Virus record (IMG/VR): IMGVR_UViG_3300044974_000464
Span: 1-30,977 of that record
Reading direction: 5' to 3' (one strand)
Length of the DNA: 30,977 nt
DNA from: a virus
Lineage: Duplodnaviria > Caudoviricetes
Shown here: positions 27,284 through 30,977 of the stretch, in pieces
Position numbering within the stretch: the first letter of the stretch is position 1
Layout: each line of letters starts with the position of its first letter
The notes under the pieces: model-generated
Told to the model about the DNA's origin: nothing
Seen by the model: the letters and a program-made list of their open reading frames with translations, nothing else
Databases searched by the model: none
Position numbers and translations under genes: made by a program

Positions 27284-28244
27284 TATCATAAAGTCATATC
27301 TAAGTCAATTCCCTGACTTATCATCCACAGATATAGCTAAGCGTATTCTAAGCAACCCAGTTGCGAAAAACCATTTTAAATCGGAGGAAAACGCAAGGTC
27401 CTTGATTAGATATTATCGCGGGAAAATTGGGAAAAAATCTAAATCAGAATTAAGAACTATGGAATACATACAAGACGAATTGAAAGTCCCAAAGGGCAGA
27501 AAAAACGAACTGAAACACTACAAGCTACCGACATCAATTAAGAAGGTACTTCTTATATCTGATGTTCATGCACCATATCACGATGAAGTCGCACTAACGG
27601 CTGCGCTGCAATATGGCATCAATGAAAAGATAGATTGCATTGTTATTAATGGGGATTTCGTTGATTTCTATTCCAAGTCGCGGTTTGAGTCCGATTACAG
27701 GGAGCGGGATTTCCCAAATGAGATTAACACAGCAAAGGGATTGCTTGAGATGATCCGTAGAGTATATCCATCTGCTCACATTGTGTACAAGATAGGCAAT
27801 CATGATGAACGCTGGAATCAGTTCCTTGTGAGGAATGAAATCAAGGGCCTTGATGCGCTTGAATTGAGTTCATTGTTGGGCTTCGCTCAACTTAACATTA
27901 TCGAAGTCGGGAGTATGGCTACGATATGGGCGAATAAGTTAGCTATCATTCACGGCCATGAACATAAGTACGGCATGATTGCACCTGTTAATCCTGCAAG
28001 GGGTTTGTTTCTAAGGACCAAACAAAGCGCGCTTATGAGTCATGTTCATCGAGTTTCAGAACACACGGAAAAGACCCATGACGGGAAGTTAATAGGCTGT
28101 TGGAGTACGGGCTGCTTGTGCCAATTAACGCCCGATTATATGCCATACAATAATCACTACCATGGCTTCGCTATCATTGAACTTCATCAGAGAGATATGT
28201 TTACTGTGTATAACAAGCGGGTAATTGATGGCAATGTGTATTGA
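27249..28244 (+). CDS. Calcineurin-like metallophosphoesterase with an N-terminal helical/HTH-like region
   Basis: SDVH, NGDFVD, GNHD, HGH and SHVH motifs. Confidence 0.85.
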   Translation: MDMREETLKVGNIIKSYLSQFPDLSSTDIAKRILSNPVAKNHFKSEENARSLIRYYRGKIGKKSKSELRTMEYIQDELKVPKGRKNELKHYKLPTSIKKVLLISDVHAPYHDEVALTAALQYGINEKIDCIVINGDFVDFYSKSRFESDYRERDFPNEINTAKGLLEMIRRVYPSAHIVYKIGNHDERWNQFLVRNEIKGLDALELSSLLGFAQLNIIEVGSMATIWANKLAIIHGHEHKYGMIAPVNPARGLFLRTKQSALMSHVHRVSEHTEKTHDGKLIGCWSTGCLCQLTPDYMPYNNHYHGFAIIELHQRDMFTVYNKRVIDGNVY

Positions 28245-28247
28245 TTG

Positions 28248-28290
28248 ATTAACCCTACATTGTAGGCCATAATGCGGGTTAATGTAGGGT
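28248..28290. terminator. Palindromic element between convergent genes (possible bidirectional terminator or array boundary)
   Basis: ATTAACCC/GGGTTAAT and the alternative pairing ACCCTACATT/AATGTAGGGT. Confidence 0.5.
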
Positions 28291-28315
28291 ATTTCGGACG
28301 ATGGGGTTGTTTATG

Positions 28316-28630
28316 TCATGGATTATTTTTATACAACGCCAAATAGCGTCTTTCTATACACCATTTTTTATACATTAATGGTATGCCCCAAAAATTATTT
28401 AATACGGGCAATGTAAATCTATGTCCATTTAAATCGCCACTCAATAAATACCTATTTTTTGTACAATCATGGTCAATATCCCATTTAATTTTAGATAAAA
28501 TATCATCTTTCTTCAACGCCTCCTCAACCGCTTCTAACAAGTCTTGTTTATCGTGCCAATTACTTACAGGCTTTTGGTTATCATCAAACTTCCAATACCT
28601 ATTAATCAAGCCTAAAATTTCGTTTTTCAT
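28316..28630 (-). CDS. Hypothetical protein (possible cassette cargo)
   Basis: 104-aa ORF flanked by the direct repeat AGGGTATTTCG. Confidence 0.6.
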   Translation of the reverse strand: MKNEILGLINRYWKFDDNQKPVSNWHDKQDLLEAVEEALKKDDILSKIKWDIDHDCTKNRYLLSGDLNGHRFTLPVLNNFWGIPLMYKKWCIERRYLALYKNNP

Positions 28631-28686
28631 ATCGTTATTTTTATTTGTTGTTTAAATAGACGCAGGGTATTTCGTGTATTTGGGAG

Positions 28687-29435
28687 TTAGCACCAATACT
28701 ACCATCCTGCACATTTGAGAATATGTAGTCCAATTTCAGGGTTTACCATATTCCTAACTAATTGCAGTCTTTCAAATCGGTTATCTTTTGAACGGTTTTC
28801 AGGCACGTCTTTTATACAATCAAATATTGTAGCATCAATCCCTCTTTCAGTTAATAGTTCTTCAGGTTTTGAACGGCTTATGTCGATGTTTTTAAATTCT
28901 TTATCAGTAACATCAATATTAGTCCAAAAAGGATGTCTGCCTAAAATTACATTTGGCTTAATCAATGGTTCGTAATATGGTATTACATTCTCAACTACAA
29001 ACTTTCCTTTAAACCAACTTTTTAACAATACAATTTCTTGATACAACTTCATATCAATATACTCTTTTGTCTTTTTTGCAAAACACATTCTCGAATGGCT
29101 CGGACAAGGTGGAGAACTCCAAATAAAATCAAAATCGTTATAGTGGTCTAATAAATATTGGTGTGCATCACCAATTATCATTTTATCATTTGGAAATTGG
29201 TTGCTATAAACCTTTGCAATGTTTGGATTATATTCTACTGCTGTAATATCAAAATCATTACCCCAAAGCATTCGATTACCTCCAATTCCAGCATATAAAT
29301 TTAATACCCGTACAGGTGCTAACATCGGTTTGGCAAAATTGCCGTTTAGTTCTTCGTTTGACATTTTATCTTAATTTAAACATTTGTAATTCTAATGAAG
29401 TTTTGTGTTCGGCAACTTCGCCAAGCCCGAAACCG
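28687..29435. mobile_element. Putative integron-like gene cassette carrying a C5 methyltransferase
   Basis: Left box GTTAGCACCAAT (28686-28697) is complementary at 10/12 positions to ACAGGTGCTAAC (29312-29323), which opens the hairpin ending at G|TTA 29435. Confidence 0.65.
28699..29364 (-). CDS. DNA cytosine-C5 methyltransferase
   Basis: Motif I LNLYAGIGG, motif IV WSSPPC, motif VI VENV, motif X-like RNMV. Confidence 0.85.
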   Translation of the reverse strand: MSNEELNGNFAKPMLAPVRVLNLYAGIGGNRMLWGNDFDITAVEYNPNIAKVYSNQFPNDKMIIGDAHQYLLDHYNDFDFIWSSPPCPSHSRMCFAKKTKEYIDMKLYQEIVLLKSWFKGKFVVENVIPYYEPLIKPNVILGRHPFWTNIDVTDKEFKNIDISRSKPEELLTERGIDATIFDCIKDVPENRSKDNRFERLQLVRNMVNPEIGLHILKCAGW

Positions 29436-29446
29436 TTATCGGTAAT
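29312..29446. repeat. attC-like imperfect hairpin A
   Basis: TAAC-ATCGGTTTGGCAAAATTGCCG ... CGGCAACTTCGCCAAGCCCGAAACC-GTTA, with a loop of about 65 nt. Confidence 0.75.
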
Positions 29447-29872
29447 ACTACCATTCATCATCGTCAGACAAATCTTCGTTAAACAATAAAGCATCTAATG
29501 GGTCTGATTTAACTTTTTGATTTGAATTGTTGTATTTAAAAACAAAACTTTTTGCAGAAACCCTTTTGCCTCTACAACATAAACAAATTGACGCATAATC
29601 TACACCAGTTTCATTTACTGCTATATTCATACTTTCAAATGTTTTTATCAGATTACCATTCAAATCAAATTGGTCTATCTGCCTTCTTTTGGATAATATT
29701 TCTTTTGGCATAACATTTAAAATCCCTCGTAAATTAAACCGTACTACCGCTAACAAGGGTTTGTAGCAATAGTGGCAGAAGTGCAAGTTTTGAGCTGTGT
29801 ACTTCTAATCAGCTTTAGTGGTAGGTTGAACAGTAGTGCTTCTAATCCCCTACTGCTACAAGCCCAAAAACG
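29436..29872. mobile_element. Putative integron-like gene cassette carrying a NUMOD1-domain gene
   Basis: GTTATCGGTAAT (29435-29446) is complementary at 10/12 positions to ACTACCGCTAAC (29743-29754). Confidence 0.65.
29448..29711 (-). CDS. NUMOD1/IENR1-type small DNA-binding protein
   Basis: IDQFDLNGNLIKTFESMNIAVNETGVDYASICLCCRGKRVSAKSFVFKY matches the NUMOD1 pattern; ATG 29711 likely (in-frame TTG at 29786 inside the hairpin is possible). Confidence 0.75.
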   Translation of the reverse strand: MPKEILSKRRQIDQFDLNGNLIKTFESMNIAVNETGVDYASICLCCRGKRVSAKSFVFKYNNSNQKVKSDPLDALLFNEDLSDDDEW

Positions 29873-29883
29873 TTATCGGCAAC
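29743..29883. repeat. attC-like imperfect hairpin B
   Basis: TAAC-AAGGGTTTGTAGCAATAGTGG ... CCCCTACTGCTACAAGCCCAAAAAC-GTTA. Confidence 0.75.
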
Positions 29884-30136
29884 CCTGCGACAGCACATAC
29901 CGCAACATTTGTTCACCTTGATGATTTTCTACTCCAACAAAAACCAAAGTTTTATTTTCAATCAATGGTTCAACAACCTCATATCTTGTGTATTGGTCGG
30001 CAAATAAAAATCTACCCGATGAAGGTTGAAACCATACCGAGTGCCAAAAAGATGAAGGTTTATAAAATTCATTCTCTTTTGCTAATTCGTGCTTAATTGA
30101 AGCAACTAAATCTTGTTGTTGTTTTTCTGTGTTCAT
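29873..30136 (-). CDS. Hypothetical protein (possible cassette cargo)
   Basis: ATG 30136 (MNTEKQ...); its TAA stop is the TTA of the GTTA box of hairpin B. Confidence 0.6.
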   Translation of the reverse strand: MNTEKQQQDLVASIKHELAKENEFYKPSSFWHSVWFQPSSGRFLFADQYTRYEVVEPLIENKTLVFVGVENHQGEQMLRYVLSQGCR

Positions 30137-30187
30137 TTTGTTTTTCAAATTTGCAACTGACAGCAACCACCAACCGTTATCGTTCAT
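30081..30187. repeat. Degenerate attC-like element C
   Basis: Right half TTGCAACT...CAACC-GTTATCG aligns without gaps to the right half of A (shared GCAACT and AACCGTTATC); left half is weak (GCTAAT-TCGTGCTT). Confidence 0.45.
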
Positions 30188-30521
30188 TCCCCATCACCTT
30201 CATCATCACCCCCACAAACTCACTAACCGTCAATTCACTTATCTTGCGGTTATCGGTCTTGATGTCAACGGGTGCGCACATTGTTTGGTTATAGGCTTCA
30301 ATGGCTTTGAGCCAATTAGCCCGATTACGTTTAACGTCATCAATATGCATGGATACTTCGCCTACGATCCGTTTTGCTTCGATTACGTTAGTTGATAATA
30401 ACCGCTTCATTTCGCGGGTTAATCTATCTGCCATTCCTGTGACGCTTATGCCTTGACTTATTGCGAATTGCTTTTGGCTCAGTCCGCTTTCGAGGAATTG
30501 TTTTAGGTTGTTGAAGTGCAT
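30177..30521 (-). CDS. HTH-containing putative regulator
   Basis: SGLSQKQFAISQGISVTGMADRL is HTH-like. Confidence 0.6.
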   Translation of the reverse strand: MHFNNLKQFLESGLSQKQFAISQGISVTGMADRLTREMKRLLSTNVIEAKRIVGEVSMHIDDVKRNRANWLKAIEAYNQTMCAPVDIKTDNRKISELTVSEFVGVMMKVMGNER

Positions 30522-30527
30522 GGTATA

Positions 30528-30731
30528 TTATTTATTTGTCCTTACTAAATTACCTTGTTTATCCCGCTTCACATATCCGGATTGAATCGTGTAATCAATA
30601 CACAGGTCTTCGATAATGTGTTTCGGGTACTTGTTGCCGTTTGGCTTCTCTTTTAATCCGATTATCTCAATTGCTTCCAATACGGGGCGCGGGATGTCGA
30701 TATTTTTGCGTTGTGTTTCTGTTTCTTGCAT
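30528..30731 (-). CDS. Ribbon-helix-helix-like putative repressor
   Basis: ATG 30731 lies downstream of a leftward promoter; RKNIDIPRPVLEAI fits a beta-strand plus helix pattern. Confidence 0.55.
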   Translation of the reverse strand: MQETETQRKNIDIPRPVLEAIEIIGLKEKPNGNKYPKHIIEDLCIDYTIQSGYVKRDKQGNLVRTNK

Positions 30732-30744
30732 ACTATTCTTTTTT

Positions 30745-30768
30745 GCAAATATACACCAAATATTCAAT
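30745..30768 (-). promoter_or_regulatory. Leftward Bacteroidota-type promoter
   Basis: TATATTTG on the minus strand (30753-30746); the 24-mer is 21/24 identical to 4438-4461. Confidence 0.65.
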
Positions 30769-30810
30769 ATACACACCATTAACTATTATTAACAATTCGG
30801 TAACAATATA

Positions 30811-30844
30811 GTTGAACTACGAATATATACACGATATATCTTTG
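30811..30844 (+). promoter_or_regulatory. Rightward Bacteroidota-type promoter
   Basis: TATCTTTG (30837-30844) with GTTG upstream; divergent from the leftward promoter. Confidence 0.6.
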
Positions 30845-30871
30845 CTATCACAAACAACAAACCCCAATAAC

Positions 30872-30977
30872 ATGAGACTCCAAACATCATTTCAAAAATT
30901 CAGACCACTTAAACAAGGCGGTAAAAACCAACTACAGGAAATCGTGATTAGCTGCAACGTAAGCAGCCCACGCGAAG
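30872..30977 (+). CDS. 5' end of a hypothetical protein (partial)
   Basis: ATG after an A/C-rich leader; MRLQTSFQKFRPLKQGGKNQLQEIVISCNVSSPRE is open to the window end. Confidence 0.55.
   Translation, partial: MRLQTSFQKFRPLKQGGKNQLQEIVISCNVSSPRE

Noticed and set aside
533-27803. Many short antisense or alternate-frame ORFs nested in long genes (for example 10088-10345, 22956-23324, 24079-24573)
   Set aside because: Shadow ORFs of well-supported + strand genes, with no recognisable motifs.
29448-29711. Homing endonuclease or intron
   Set aside because: Only the NUMOD1-type DNA-binding module is present; no HNH or GIY-YIG motif and no interrupted host gene.
28686-30187. CRISPR array or plain terminator reading of the hairpins
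   Set aside because: The units are not identical repeats, are separated by whole genes, have loops of 65 nt or more and lack U-tracts.
29836-30395. Plus-strand ORFs across the cassette region (29836, 30097, 30129; also 28383, 28715)
   Set aside because: They are antisense to more convincing minus-strand genes and have no motifs.
30177-30521. IS66 TnpA-like gene indicating an insertion sequence
   Set aside because: The SGLSQKQF HTH resembles it, but no transposase, accessory gene or terminal inverted repeats are present.
1-30977. Integrase, reverse transcriptase/DGR, tRNA or rRNA genes
   Set aside because: No recognisable motifs were found by eye; lifestyle (temperate or lytic) cannot be determined from this window.

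Overview
The window is a large piece of a tailed dsDNA phage (siphovirus-like) or prophage, most likely infecting Bacteroidota: several TAnnTTTG-type promoters, A-rich leaders without Shine-Dalgarno sites, and Bacteroidota-style signal peptides. Left to right it holds: replication/early genes (SSB tail, primase-polymerase/helicase fusion followed by a 12-copy TGTCAA iteron cluster, VRR-NUC nuclease, C5 DNA methyltransferase); terminase; a tail module (tail assembly chaperone with a -1 frameshift, tape measure, tail proteins) placed unusually before the head module (portal with a DnaJ-type Zn finger, MuF-like, scaffold, major capsid, neck genes); a lysis region (holin-like proteins, GH19 endolysin); a metallophosphoesterase; a minus-strand accessory block; and a divergent promoter region. 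The most notable observation is the accessory block at about 28250-30190. Its genes are separated by long imperfect TAAC...GTTA hairpins whose outer 12-bp boxes pair across a gene rather than within a hairpin, which is the hallmark of integron-type gene cassettes. Start codons sit inside the hairpins, and no integrase is present in the window. All product calls come from motif recognition and gene context only; no database searches were run.
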